DNA of 64,000 nucleotides from Chlamydiota bacterium (GTDB lineage Bacteria; Chlamydiota; Chlamydiia; Chlamydiales; JAAKFQ01): NCBI GenBank assembly GCA_011064725.1, contig JAAKFQ010000002.1, positions 2,662 to 66,661 of the forward strand, read 5' to 3'. Shown piece by piece: positions 28,456 to 38,367 of this stretch (position 1 is its first letter; each line of letters starts with the position of its first letter). The notes under the pieces were generated by a model. It saw only the letters and a program-made list of their open reading frames with translations, ran no database searches and was not told where the DNA came from. The position numbers and the translations under genes were made by a program.

Positions 28456-29509
28456 TCACATATTCGCCTTGATAAAACACAGCGGCCTGTCCTTCGGTGA
28501 CAGCCATCTGAGGCACTTCAAATTGTACAAGGGCTTGATCATTTTGTAAAACAGAAATTGTACCAACAGCTTCTTTTCCTCTTGAACGTACTTTAATCGA
28601 GCATTCAATAGTGTCTCTTTCACTCACTTGATAGATCCAATTGACATTTGTAATGACGCAGCCTTCAAAAAAACATTCTTCTTTAGATCCTAAAAAAATG
28701 GTATTTGTTTTGGCATCGATTTTAGTCACATAGAGAGGTTCATTAGAAAAGACGCCAAGGCCTCTTCTTTGTCCGATGGTCACAGTATGAATGCCAAGAT
28801 GGTGACCGATCACACTTCCATCCCACATTTTAACAGGTCCATTTCTTGGCAGTGCATGTTCAAAGTGACGTTGTAAAAAACCCACATAGTTTTGATCTGG
28901 AACAAAACAGATATCTTGAGATTCTGGCTTATTGTGTGTAATGAGATTGTACTCTTTGGCCAATTGACGAATATCTTGTTTAGAATAAGAGCCCAGAGGA
29001 AAAAGTGTTTGAGATAGTTGCTGTTGGGTCATAGAGAATAAAAAATAGGATTGGTCTTTTGTGTTATCTTTTCCACGTAGGAGCAAATAACGATCTGTTT
29101 TAGCGTCATATTCAATACGTGCATAGTGTCCTGTGCACACTTTTTGAGCACCTATCTCTTTTGCTTTGTCATATAAAGCTTTGAACTTGAGTTTTTCATT
29201 GCACAAAATGCAAGGAGATGGGGTTCTTCCGACAGAATATTCTTTGGCAAACACTTCGACGACTTCTTTCCAAAATTCTTTCTCAAAATTGATGGCGTAA
29301 AAGGGGATATTGAATGTGCTTGCCACAAGGCGTGCATCTTCAACAGATTCTTGTCCACAGCATGTTTTTGTAGAACATGCCGCTTTTTCAATCTCTTCGC
29401 CTTTATAAAGACGCATGGTCATGCCAACACAATCGTAGCCACAATCAAGCATCATCTTGACCGCAACAGACGAATCGACCCCTCCTGACATAGCAATCAC
29501 AACTTTCAT
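28382..29509 (-). CDS. mnmA: tRNA 2-thiouridine(34) synthase
   Basis: PP-loop VVIAMSGGVDSSVA and full-length MnmA/TrmU pattern (SPCILCN, KDQSYFL). Confidence 0.9.
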   Translation of the reverse strand: MKVVIAMSGGVDSSVAVKMMLDCGYDCVGMTMRLYKGEEIEKAACSTKTCCGQESVEDARLVASTFNIPFYAINFEKEFWKEVVEVFAKEYSVGRTPSPCILCNEKLKFKALYDKAKEIGAQKVCTGHYARIEYDAKTDRYLLLRGKDNTKDQSYFLFSMTQQQLSQTLFPLGSYSKQDIRQLAKEYNLITHNKPESQDICFVPDQNYVGFLQRHFEHALPRNGPVKMWDGSVIGHHLGIHTVTIGQRRGLGVFSNEPLYVTKIDAKTNTIFLGSKEECFFEGCVITNVNWIYQVSERDTIECSIKVRSRGKEAVGTISVLQNDQALVQFEVPQMAVTEGQAAVFYQGEYVIGGGWIEKSVKTFKNFDRQSLIAR

Positions 29510-29585
29510 AGAATTACATGAATGGTAAAAGTTATATTAAAAACTGACTTAACTATATTTTTAGCCATAATGTCAGTTTAAAAAA

Positions 29586-29675
29586 GGAGAGACACTGTAA
29601 CCCATTACTTGTGCTCTTAAGGCTGCTATCTTCCGATCCTGACCTAGTTCAAGCGGCAATGTCTACAGGCTCCCC
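29586..29675 (-). ncRNA. ffs: signal recognition particle RNA (4.5S, small bacterial type)
   Basis: The minus-strand sequence GGGGAGCCUGUAGAC...CUAGGUCAGGAUCGGAAGAUAGCAGCCUUAAG...GUUACAGUGUCUCUCC contains the conserved domain IV motif (GGUCAGGxxCGGAAGxxAGCAGCC). The 5' and 3' ends pair, and a U-run follows. Confidence 0.8.
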
Positions 29676-29690
29676 AAAATTCCTCTTATT

Positions 29691-30302
29691 CTACATCTTT
29701 TTGGTTATTTTTTGAAGGGCTTTTGAAAGTTCTATTTCACACTCGAGGCCATTCTCTTCGGCCATTTCCACTAAATCGATCAATCGATTGGACAATTCTT
29801 CAGCTGTCAATTCATTTTTATGTGGAATTTTGCCCTTTTTGTAATTGATTTTTTTAATCACCTTTTGCGCTTTTGCCAAAGCACCTAGCGTTTTAGGAAT
29901 ACCTTCTAAAAGTGAAGAGCGTTTTTTTTCTTGTTTTTTGATTTCTTCCCATCGTTTAGCCAAATCACTTTCCGATTTAAATACTTCTCCTTTAAATACA
30001 TGAGGGTGGCGGCGGATGAGTTTTTCTGTGCCTTGTTCAATCACATTTTCCAATTTGAAAGAGGTTTCTTTTTGTGCAACAAGGCTCAAAAAGCAGCTTA
30101 AAAAAAAGATGTCAGCCAGTTCTTCTTTGATATGCTCTTCATCACCATTGTCAATTGCCTCAATAAGTTCATGTGCTTCTTCTAAAAGATCACCTCGTAG
30201 CGTTTGCAGCGTTTGTTTCTGGTCCCAAGGACATCCTTTGGGCCCTAGGAGCGTTTCCATGGTATGAATCAACTTTTCAAAAGAAGAGAGTAATTTTTGC
30301 AT
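29691..30302 (-). CDS. mazG: nucleoside triphosphate pyrophosphohydrolase MazG
   Basis: GCPWDQKQTLQTLRGDLLEEAHELIEAI and EELADIFF motifs. Confidence 0.85.
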   Translation of the reverse strand: MQKLLSSFEKLIHTMETLLGPKGCPWDQKQTLQTLRGDLLEEAHELIEAIDNGDEEHIKEELADIFFLSCFLSLVAQKETSFKLENVIEQGTEKLIRRHPHVFKGEVFKSESDLAKRWEEIKKQEKKRSSLLEGIPKTLGALAKAQKVIKKINYKKGKIPHKNELTAEELSNRLIDLVEMAEENGLECEIELSKALQKITKKM

Positions 30303-30326
30303 AAGAGCAGTGTATCAAAAAAATGA

Positions 30327-31688
30327 TTAAACTTGGGTTTTTTCTTGGAAAAGGGTGTGGAGGTTTTCTTCAATTTTAGCAAGATTTTCTAATGAGGGAC
30401 TTTTTTCGATAAAGATGCGAAACCAAAGCTCTAAAATAATGAGATTCCAAATTTTTGGGATATGTTCTGCCTTGGCGACTTCTAAATTGTTGATGAGCCG
30501 TCTATCGATAATGTCCAAATCAAATAAGACGCCCTCCATTAAGATTGTTTTGGCCTCTTCTTGCATTTTGGGGGTGAAAGATTGTTCAAGATGCTCTTGT
30601 GTGGTAAGAAAATGGGTGATAAGCTCTTTGGTATCGCAGTGCTCTGTGTTTTTTTCTTTGTGCCTGTTTGCAAAAGCAAAAAGTGTGTTTTGATACGTAT
30701 AGATTCTTTCGATGTGGCTTTTTGTGAGTCCGTATTCACTTTGATATTTGATTAAATAGCAGCTTAAATCAAAGGTCTTTTCTAGAGCTTTAGAGCTGTA
30801 TTCCAGTTCATCGGTTGTAAAAAAGCAGTAGGGAGAATTTTCAAAATCTAAAAGCATATGCCCTCGATGGCGTTGCTTTAAAAACCATAGAGAAAACCAG
30901 GAGAATAGTTTGGATTTGGGCAAAGGTTTTTTAAGTTTTGGCAAGTGTTTTATCGATGGAAGTTCTATCGGCTGTTTGACAAAGTCTACGGAGGGTTTCA
31001 GACGCAGAACATCTGAAAAAAAGAGAATGCTGATAGGATGTTCTAAAAAATAGATTTCTTCTAAAAGCGTTTTCCACGACAGTTTCGATGGTGAAGATAA
31101 AGAGGGGATTTTTTGCGTGGTGTAACGACTTTCTTTATGATCGATGGGCATTAGACTGATGCGTCTTTTTCCTTGGTAAGTTAATAAATAGCCCGGTAAC
31201 AATTCATTCACATTTTGGATAGGGGTGTAGGGTGAGGGAATAAAACCTAAATGCAAATAAGCCTTGATGGCGAAAGGATCGATTTTTTTGGCAATCGATT
31301 GGCATGAACAAAGAGCTTTTAAGGTATTTGAGAATAAAAAATCTTTTTTTTCAGACCAATAAAAAGGCATTAAACACTGCTTTGAACGCATAAAATATTG
31401 CGTTTTTAATTTTCTATCAAAGAACAGAAAAAAGAAATCGCCTTCAAGAGAATTAAACCCTTGCTCTTTTTTAGTTTTGTATAGCTCTAAAAATGCATCG
31501 AAAGAAACGTTAAGTGTTCCTTTTAAAATGAGTGTATAATTTTCATCGGAACTTTCGAAAGAGGCGCAATCTTCAAAATAAAAAAGGCAATCACCCAGCA
31601 AAAAAGGGGCCTTTTCTGTGGGCCCCATTTGTAAAAATTGCGAATGTTTGTCCTTGACGCTAGAAATGACACCAACGATTTTACACAT
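30327..31688 (-). CDS. asparagine synthase (AsnB)-like protein, probably non-canonical or degenerate
   Basis: Starts MCKIVGV (Ntn-type Cys2). LEGDFFFLFFD...FMRSKQCLMPFYW...FLFSNTLKAL and NVNELLPGYLL follow the AsnB N-domain pattern. I find no SGGxDS PP-loop in the C-terminal half. Confidence 0.5.
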   Translation of the reverse strand: MCKIVGVISSVKDKHSQFLQMGPTEKAPFLLGDCLFYFEDCASFESSDENYTLILKGTLNVSFDAFLELYKTKKEQGFNSLEGDFFFLFFDRKLKTQYFMRSKQCLMPFYWSEKKDFLFSNTLKALCSCQSIAKKIDPFAIKAYLHLGFIPSPYTPIQNVNELLPGYLLTYQGKRRISLMPIDHKESRYTTQKIPSLSSPSKLSWKTLLEEIYFLEHPISILFFSDVLRLKPSVDFVKQPIELPSIKHLPKLKKPLPKSKLFSWFSLWFLKQRHRGHMLLDFENSPYCFFTTDELEYSSKALEKTFDLSCYLIKYQSEYGLTKSHIERIYTYQNTLFAFANRHKEKNTEHCDTKELITHFLTTQEHLEQSFTPKMQEEAKTILMEGVLFDLDIIDRRLINNLEVAKAEHIPKIWNLIILELWFRIFIEKSPSLENLAKIEENLHTLFQEKTQV

Positions 31689-31689
31689 A

Positions 31690-32865
31690 TTAATCTTGAA
31701 CTTGTAATTCGATCGTCTCTTCCTTTACGATGGATTGAATACGATCGATTTTTTCAATTCTAGTCTCTGGGAAAAAGTGGTTTAAAATCTTGTGCGCTTT
31801 GGTGCCAAGTTTTGCCATTTCATTGGCAGAAAACACACAAAGCCCCACACCTGTTCCTCTGCCAAATCCAACGATATGGAGGGTGTTTTTTCCAATATCA
31901 TGGATAAAAAAATCAGAACTCAACAAAGTCTCCTTGCCGTACAATTTTTGCAATGTGAGGAAATCGAGATCTTTGAATTCAGTTTCTGAAGAAATACGTA
32001 ACCCATAGACCTTTTGAGATTGAGGATCGACAAAAGGTTTGATTTGGGAAATTTGATCCAATCCTGTTTCTTGTTTCAACACATCTAGATCTAATATAGC
32101 TTCCCATTTAGATTGCTCTCTTGCTTGTTTAGCATAGACAGATTCGACAGATTTTGAGAGGTCTTTTGTATCTTTTCGATAAATCAAATGATAGGGAATG
32201 GTAGAACCTGCGCAGTTTTCGCTAAAATCCGTACAAAAACCAAAGACCACATCACCTTTTGTACTTTGCATCACCAAAGATTTTGTGCTTAAAACAGCCT
32301 CTTCAATCCCCATTTTTTGATAGGTGACAGCATGCCCTTTATAGCTTACGTCTTTTGCATCCACGTGAAATGTATCGCGTTGATGTTCCTCAATGGAATA
32401 AACAGCGTGCGTACGCATGGCAATGGCAAGTGCGCACATCGCTTCAAATTCTAGAGGCTGCCTCTGTCTATCTGACAAGATAGATGAGACATATTCTTCA
32501 ATACTGACAGCATTCACAACGGTGAGCTTATCCAAATACCCAAACACAAGCACAGCACCTTTGTATTGAATCCCATTGACAAGCACATAACTTTGAGAAT
32601 TTTTGGGCAAAAAAGCCAAATGCATCACATTGAAAAATTTCTTACCCCAATATAAACCACTTTTATCAAGATACATCCAAAATCTCTTTGAATGGTTGGC
32701 GGTCTCTAAGTTTTTTTCTGCCTTTAGATCGTAAAGATCTACGCAGCCCCTCGTTTCGACAAGCACACCACTTAAGTCTTTTTCCAAAAGGACTTTGACA
32801 ACTTTATGTGAGTGATTTGCAAAACCAAAGGAAAATGCAAAGACACACAATAACAAGATTCTCAT
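31690..32865 (-). CDS. SpoIID/LytB-domain peptidoglycan-remodelling protein
   Basis: Signal-like N-terminus. SpoIID pattern SIEEYVSSILS...EAMCALAIAMRTHAVY. Confidence 0.8.
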   Translation of the reverse strand: MRILLLCVFAFSFGFANHSHKVVKVLLEKDLSGVLVETRGCVDLYDLKAEKNLETANHSKRFWMYLDKSGLYWGKKFFNVMHLAFLPKNSQSYVLVNGIQYKGAVLVFGYLDKLTVVNAVSIEEYVSSILSDRQRQPLEFEAMCALAIAMRTHAVYSIEEHQRDTFHVDAKDVSYKGHAVTYQKMGIEEAVLSTKSLVMQSTKGDVVFGFCTDFSENCAGSTIPYHLIYRKDTKDLSKSVESVYAKQAREQSKWEAILDLDVLKQETGLDQISQIKPFVDPQSQKVYGLRISSETEFKDLDFLTLQKLYGKETLLSSDFFIHDIGKNTLHIVGFGRGTGVGLCVFSANEMAKLGTKAHKILNHFFPETRIEKIDRIQSIVKEETIELQVQD

Positions 32866-32868
32866 TTC

Positions 32869-33879
32869 TTAACTCCTAAAGTTTAGAGGATTTTTTACAT
32901 GTTTTTTTGCACGGTCTGTCGCTACTCGCCCTCTCGGAGTTCTTTCAATCAAACCTTGCAGAATTAAATAAGGCTCATAGACTTCTTCTAGTGTTGAAGG
33001 TTCTTCTCCAACAGCAATGGCAAGCGTTTGCAAGCCAATAGGTCCGCCTTTATAATTGTTGATCATGACATTCAATATACGATGGTCCATTTCATCCAAA
33101 CCCGCATGATCGATTCCAATCATCTCCAGAGCATCTTCGGCAATCTTTTCTTCGATTTCATTAGTGCTTGTTTTTGTTTGTGCATAGTCTCTTACCCATT
33201 TGAGCAAATTGTTCGCAATGCGAGGCGTACCTCTTGCACGTTTGGCGATATATTGTGTCGTTTGTTTGTGCATTTTTAGCCCAAGTAACTTCCCAGATCT
33301 CAATACAATAGATTCTAGATCTTTTTGGGGATAATGATCAAGACGAAAAATTGATGAAAAACGCGAACGCATAGGTGCAGAAAGCGATCCAAAGCGTGTG
33401 GTTGCTCCAATTAGGGTAAAGGGATTTAAAGAAACTTGCACACTTCTTGCACTAGGGCCACTATCGATAATGATATCGAGTCTAAAACTTTCCATTGCAG
33501 CGTAGAGATATTCTTCGATGGTTTTATGCAAGCGATGAATTTCATCGATAAACAATACATCAGATTTTTTTAAACTTGTCAAAAGACCTGCCAAATCGCC
33601 AGCTTTTTCAAGAGTTGGCCCAGAAGTGATGATGAGATTGGAGTGCATTTCTTTAGAAATAAGATGAGACAGCGTGGTTTTTCCAAGTCCACATGGACCA
33701 CAAAAAAGAAGATGACCGAGCGCTTCTTTTCTTTTTTTTGCCGCTTCCATAACCACATTCAATCGTGCTTTTATAGATTCTTGTCCGATGAAATCTTGGA
33801 GTTTTTCCGGCCGCAGGGGAGTCTCAAATTGAGGATCTTGAACATTGTAAGCAGATTCAATATAACGATTATTTTCCAT
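32869..33879 (-). CDS. ruvB: Holliday junction branch migration helicase RuvB
   Basis: LRPEKLQDFIGQ, Walker A GPCGLGKTTL, Walker B LFIDEIHRL and the C-terminal winged helix. Confidence 0.95.
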   Translation of the reverse strand: MENNRYIESAYNVQDPQFETPLRPEKLQDFIGQESIKARLNVVMEAAKKRKEALGHLLFCGPCGLGKTTLSHLISKEMHSNLIITSGPTLEKAGDLAGLLTSLKKSDVLFIDEIHRLHKTIEEYLYAAMESFRLDIIIDSGPSARSVQVSLNPFTLIGATTRFGSLSAPMRSRFSSIFRLDHYPQKDLESIVLRSGKLLGLKMHKQTTQYIAKRARGTPRIANNLLKWVRDYAQTKTSTNEIEEKIAEDALEMIGIDHAGLDEMDHRILNVMINNYKGGPIGLQTLAIAVGEEPSTLEEVYEPYLILQGLIERTPRGRVATDRAKKHVKNPLNFRS

Positions 33880-33999
33880 AGCTTATTAGAGCGTAAGAAA
33901 TATTGTTTTTTCTGACTATAAGAAAAAGATAGTCTGGTGAGAAAATCATGAAAAAGATATTCTGAGGCAAAATTTGAAAAAAATAAAAGGAGAGCAAAT

Positions 34000-34572
34000 A
34001 TGTCAGCAAGTCCAGATCATTGGATACGTGAAATGGCACTCGAGCACGGGATGATTGAACCATTTTCAGAAAATCAAACTCGCGATAAAGAAGGCAACAA
34101 GGTAGTGAGCTTTGGGCTTTCATCTTATGGGTATGATTTAAGAGTTTCTGACGAGTTTAAAATTTTTACAAACATCAATAATTCTATTGTGGATCCTAAA
34201 AATTTCAAAGAAGATTCTTTTGTAGATGTTAAGACCGATTGTTGCATTATTCCACCCAATTCTTTTGCTCTTGCACGTTCTATTGAATATTTCCGCATTC
34301 CTCGTGATGTGATTACCTTATGTGTGGGTAAATCCACCTATGCGAGATGTGGCATTATTGTGAATGTGACACCTTTTGAACCTGAATGGGAAGGGCATGT
34401 GACACTTGAAATTAGTAACACGACACCCCTTCCTGCAAAAATTTATGCCAATGAGGGACTTGCACAAGTGCTTTTTTTTCAAGTGGCAAAGGATCGTGTG
34501 TGTGAAACTTCTTATAAAGATAAGTCAGGCAAATACATGAAACAAATGGGAATTACTCCAGCGCTTGTGTAG
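34000..34572 (+). CDS. dcd: dCTP deaminase
   Basis: 190 aa with SSYGYDLRV and [31 protein letters not shown]. Confidence 0.9.
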   Translation: MSASPDHWIREMALEHGMIEPFSENQTRDKEGNKVVSFGLSSYGYDLRVSDEFKIFTNINNSIVDPKNFKEDSFVDVKTDCCIIPPNSFALARSIEYFRIPRDVITLCVGKSTYARCGIIVNVTPFEPEWEGHVTLEISNTTPLPAKIYANEGLAQVLFFQVAKDRVCETSYKDKSGKYMKQMGITPALV

Positions 34573-34639
34573 CAGTGATTTAACTGATGCGTTGGAAAAA
34601 ACTTTAGGTTTAAGTTAGAGTAAAAATAAAGGCTAAAAA

Positions 34640-34930
34640 ATGCACCATCAAAAAAAGAGATTAAAGTGGCTGATCGATTCGTGGTGGGTCTTTATTTTTA
34701 GTGCTTTTTGTTTTTCTGTGTTTTTATATGTGCGCCATACACAAGTCAAGCAATTGGATCAGTTGGAAAATGTGGTCTTAAAACTTGAGACACAAAAAAA
34801 TAAGGAACTTGAAAAGCAAGAAGAGTATCTACTTAAAATCCAATCGTTTAATGATCCAGCTTATGTGGAAATGGTATTGATCCAAACATTAGGGCTTGTT
34901 CCAAAAGATCAGATGAAAGTGGTGTATTGA
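34640..34930 (+). CDS. FtsB/DivIC-like septum formation initiator family protein
   Basis: A single TM segment, then a coiled coil, then the C-terminal DPAYVEMVLIQTLGLVPKDQ typical of this family. Overlaps the next gene by 4 nt. Confidence 0.55.
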   Translation: MHHQKKRLKWLIDSWWVFIFSAFCFSVFLYVRHTQVKQLDQLENVVLKLETQKNKELEKQEEYLLKIQSFNDPAYVEMVLIQTLGLVPKDQMKVVY

Positions 34931-36165
34931 TGCTGTTTGGCATTCTATTAATCTGTCTCCTTTTTATTAGCGCTTTTTTTTCTGCCACAGAAATCTCGAT
35001 GTTTTCTTTATCAAGACATGAAATAGATCTCTTTTCTCGTTCTTCAAAAAAGCGCCAAAATCTTGTGGCAAAGGTGATCTCCAGGCCTGGCGATTTGCTG
35101 GTTGTGCTTTTGATCATGAATATTTTTGCCAATATCTTGCTCCAAAACGTGATTGCAGAAACCTTTCCTCCCCAAAGTTCGTGGATATATACCATCCTTT
35201 TGCCGATTGTTTTGATGCTTTTCATTGGCGAGGTGATCCCTAAAGCCATTGCGCTTAATATTAACAAAAAAATCGCACAACTTACAGCTCCGATCATTTC
35301 AAAAATTGTCTTTTTTATGCGTCCTATTGCCAAACGTGCCGTGCATATCACCAATTTTATCTCCAATTTTATCTTTTTCTTTTTAAAAGAACAAAAAGAG
35401 ATTACAGAACAAGAACTTGTCCACGCAATGGAACATTCCAAAGAAAAAGGCGTGTTAGAAAAAGAAGAAACAGAACTTTTGTTAGGATTTTTGGATTTGC
35501 AAAAAAGGCAAGTGAAACAAATCATGAATCCAAAAGAAGACATTTTATTTTATGACATTGGAGATCCACTAGATGAGCTCATCGACCTGTTTTCAAAAGA
35601 AAATTGTTCTCGTGTACCTGTGTGTAAAAATACACTAGATCAGATTCTTGGCATCATCGATTTAGAAAGCTATTTTTTAAATGAAGATAAACTCAAAAAT
35701 CCAGTGGATTTACAAGCTTTTTTAAAGCCTGCCTATTTTGTTCCAGAAACGATGCTGGTCAAACATTTGATCGAAGATCAAATGATGAAAGAAAATGAAA
35801 TTGCCATCATTGTGGATGAATATGGCCTATGCACAGGGCTTGTGACAGATGAAGATTTGTCTGAGGTGCTTGTGGGCGATATTTTAGATAAGCGCGATGA
35901 AAACAAACGCTTATTTACGATGCCTTCTAAAGATGTGATGATTGCGTCTGCAAAACTTGAGATTGAAGAGTTTGAAGAGGCGTTTGGCACAGAGATTGAA
36001 AAAGATCCCTCTGCTGTCACTATTGGTGGTTGGTTGTTAGAGCGCATTGGAAAATTGCCAAAAAACGGAGAAGAGTTTCGTTTTTCTAATCTACTTTTCC
36101 ATGTATTGCAAGCCACGCCTTCACGTATTTTAAAACTTTACATTCGGAAATTGAAGAAAAAATGA
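34927..36165 (+). CDS. CNNM/TlyC-family protein (DUF21-CBS pair-CorC_HlyC)
   Basis: N-terminal multi-TM DUF21 domain, a central CBS pair and a C-terminal CorC/HlyC transporter-associated domain. Confidence 0.85.
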   Translation: MMLFGILLICLLFISAFFSATEISMFSLSRHEIDLFSRSSKKRQNLVAKVISRPGDLLVVLLIMNIFANILLQNVIAETFPPQSSWIYTILLPIVLMLFIGEVIPKAIALNINKKIAQLTAPIISKIVFFMRPIAKRAVHITNFISNFIFFFLKEQKEITEQELVHAMEHSKEKGVLEKEETELLLGFLDLQKRQVKQIMNPKEDILFYDIGDPLDELIDLFSKENCSRVPVCKNTLDQILGIIDLESYFLNEDKLKNPVDLQAFLKPAYFVPETMLVKHLIEDQMMKENEIAIIVDEYGLCTGLVTDEDLSEVLVGDILDKRDENKRLFTMPSKDVMIASAKLEIEEFEEAFGTEIEKDPSAVTIGGWLLERIGKLPKNGEEFRFSNLLFHVLQATPSRILKLYIRKLKKK

Positions 36166-37385
36166 AAGAAATATGGTTGTGGATCTCCCTTACGATCCTA
36201 TGCATTGGGTTAGAAGCGTTTTTTACTATGAGCGAAATGTCATTTGTCTCTTTTGACCGTGTCCGTTTGCATTTTTTAGAAGCGCAAGGGCACAAAAGAG
36301 CTAAATTACTATTAAAACTTTTACAAAAACCGATCTACTTATTTGGCACCACACTCATTGGTGTGAGCTTTGCTCTGATCACAGGATCTGAATGTTCACG
36401 TCAATTGTACAGCGCGATAGGCCTTCCAGAGGGCCTCGCTCCCATTACACAAATTTTACTTGTTGTCATGTTTGCCGAACTCACGCCTCTTTTGGCTGCA
36501 AGGCGCCATTTTCAAAGTGTGGCATTTTTTTGCGTCCCGATTATTTCTTTTTTATCCAAAGTGTTTTATCCATTGCTTCTCATCATTGCTTTCGTTTCTA
36601 AAGGGCTCAATATGCTTCTTCGGGGAAAAAAAGAATCTTCCGAGCTGGTTTTAACACGCGAAGAGCTGCAAAATATTTTAGAGCGTGTCCATACCAAAAA
36701 AATGGTAGATATTGAAAGATTGGAAGGGGGATTGATTCAAAATATCTTCAAACTCAAACATAAACCTATGAGCACCATGATCACGCCTTTAGGCGAACTT
36801 CTGCTTGTTCCCAAGACTACACCCGTTAGTTCTGTTAAAACGCTCTTAAAGGCCAATTACATGCCCTACGTGCTTGTGTATGACCAAGTGCCTACCAAAA
36901 TCACCAAGATTGTTTTTTCCAAAGAGCTCGTGCAAAAAAACCAGCAAGGGGAGATTGACCAACTTGGAAAACTTCCTTGGTTTGTGACACAAGATGTCAA
37001 TGCACTTGAATTATTAAAACAACTTCGAAGCAACATGCGTGTTGTGGCGTGTATTTTAGATACACAAGCAAATGCCATTGGAACAGTACAAATAGAAGAT
37101 ATTTTCGAAGAATTATTCCCAAGAGCAAAACACAAAAAATCCAAATTAATGCGCGCTTATCAACTCACAGTTGATGCAGATCTCACAATCCAAGAATTCA
37201 ATGAGCAATTTCATACCAATATTGAAGCCTCAGAAGAGATGACTTTGCAAGAGCTAATGCTTGACAAATTGGGTCATGTTCCTAAAGAAGGAGACACGAT
37301 TATGCTAGAGCATTTAGAAATCAAAGTGCTCGACGCTAACGTCTTTTCTACAAAGACGTTGAGTGTGCGTTCTGTTTTGGAATAA
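36162..37385 (+). CDS. second CNNM/TlyC-family protein (DUF21-CBS)
   Basis: Same architecture as the upstream paralog. Has a 4-nt overlap with it. Confidence 0.8.
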   Translation: MKEIWLWISLTILCIGLEAFFTMSEMSFVSFDRVRLHFLEAQGHKRAKLLLKLLQKPIYLFGTTLIGVSFALITGSECSRQLYSAIGLPEGLAPITQILLVVMFAELTPLLAARRHFQSVAFFCVPIISFLSKVFYPLLLIIAFVSKGLNMLLRGKKESSELVLTREELQNILERVHTKKMVDIERLEGGLIQNIFKLKHKPMSTMITPLGELLLVPKTTPVSSVKTLLKANYMPYVLVYDQVPTKITKIVFSKELVQKNQQGEIDQLGKLPWFVTQDVNALELLKQLRSNMRVVACILDTQANAIGTVQIEDIFEELFPRAKHKKSKLMRAYQLTVDADLTIQEFNEQFHTNIEASEEMTLQELMLDKLGHVPKEGDTIMLEHLEIKVLDANVFSTKTLSVRSVLE

Positions 37386-37437
37386 TATGAGTAGAATATT
37401 GGTATAAAATGTGAAATTTTTATATGATGGAAATTTC

Positions 37438-38184
37438 ATGACACAGTTTAAATCGTTTGCACTTTCTGACATGGGGTTTTATCGAAAGAAAAATGAGGAT
37501 GCGTTTGCCCTTATAGATGAGTGTGCGTTTTTTGTGCTTGCAGATGGCATTGGAGGGCATCCTTCAGGAGATGTGGCTGCAAAACAAGCGGTCAAAACAC
37601 TATGCGAGCTCATCAAAGAAAAACATGTGCAATTTCTAAAAGAAAAGATCCATATTGAAAAAATCAAGCGGGCATTCAAAACGCTTATCCATCAAACCAA
37701 CGAACACGTGTTTACTCTGTCACAATCCAAGCAACTTTTGTTAGGTATGGGCACGACTCTGGCATGTGCCTATTTTTTTGAAGAGTTTTTGGTCTATGCG
37801 CATGTGGGCGATTCTAGAATCTATCGCATAAGAGAAAATGAGTTAGAACAACTCACGCAAGATCATTCCTATGTGCAAGAACTTTTAGATCAAGGATTGA
37901 TCTCAGAAACAGAGAGTAAAAAACATGTAAAACGCAATGTGATTACAAAAGCCATTGGAACCAAAATGCATGTACAACCCTCGATTCAACTGAGTGAATG
38001 CCAAGAAAAGGATATCTACTTATTGTGTTCTGATGGATTGCATGATGTATTAACAAATGGTCAAATGGAAGAGATTATTAATCGATCGGATGATCTTGAA
38101 ATTGCAGCCAATTTGCTCATCAACGCGGCAAAAAGAAAGGGCAGTCGAGACAATATCACGGTTCTTTTTATTGAAAAACAGTAA
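37438..38184 (+). CDS. PP2C-family Ser/Thr protein phosphatase
   Basis: Motifs NEDAF, LADGIGGH, MGTTL, VGDSRIY, LCSDGL and DNITV. Start set at ATG 37438; the track start is a GTG at 37411. Confidence 0.85.
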   Translation: MTQFKSFALSDMGFYRKKNEDAFALIDECAFFVLADGIGGHPSGDVAAKQAVKTLCELIKEKHVQFLKEKIHIEKIKRAFKTLIHQTNEHVFTLSQSKQLLLGMGTTLACAYFFEEFLVYAHVGDSRIYRIRENELEQLTQDHSYVQELLDQGLISETESKKHVKRNVITKAIGTKMHVQPSIQLSECQEKDIYLLCSDGLHDVLTNGQMEEIINRSDDLEIAANLLINAAKRKGSRDNITVLFIEKQ

Positions 38185-38202
38185 GTCTTTGTGCTAAAAT
38201 AA

Positions 38203-38359
38203 CACCAATAGGTGAATAAATTATACAAATTGGGTTCAAGATTTTCAATCAGAATGATATTTGGAAAGCGCAGATAACCAGGATGGTTACCAAGCTTGAA
38301 AATAAGATTCTGATTGAAAAAATGGAGATGAATTTGTATAATCTATTCATTTATTGGTA
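38203..38359 (+). repeat. family B nested-palindrome repeat, copy B3 (short form)
   Basis: Ends CACCAATAGG ... TTATTGGTA. Shares GGTTCAAGATTTTCAAT, TTTGGAAAGCGCAG and AATGGAGATGAATTTGTA with the other copies but lacks the CTGACG hairpin module. Ends 8 nt before ATG 38368. Confidence 0.7.
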
Positions 38360-38367
38360 TACCCCCC

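Noticed and set aside
34848-35543. 231-aa ORF on the minus strand
   Set aside because: It lies entirely antisense to the well-supported CNNM/TlyC gene (34927-36165). Its translation is low-complexity Ser/Ile/Lys/Cys-rich with no motif, as expected for the antisense frame of an AT-rich gene.
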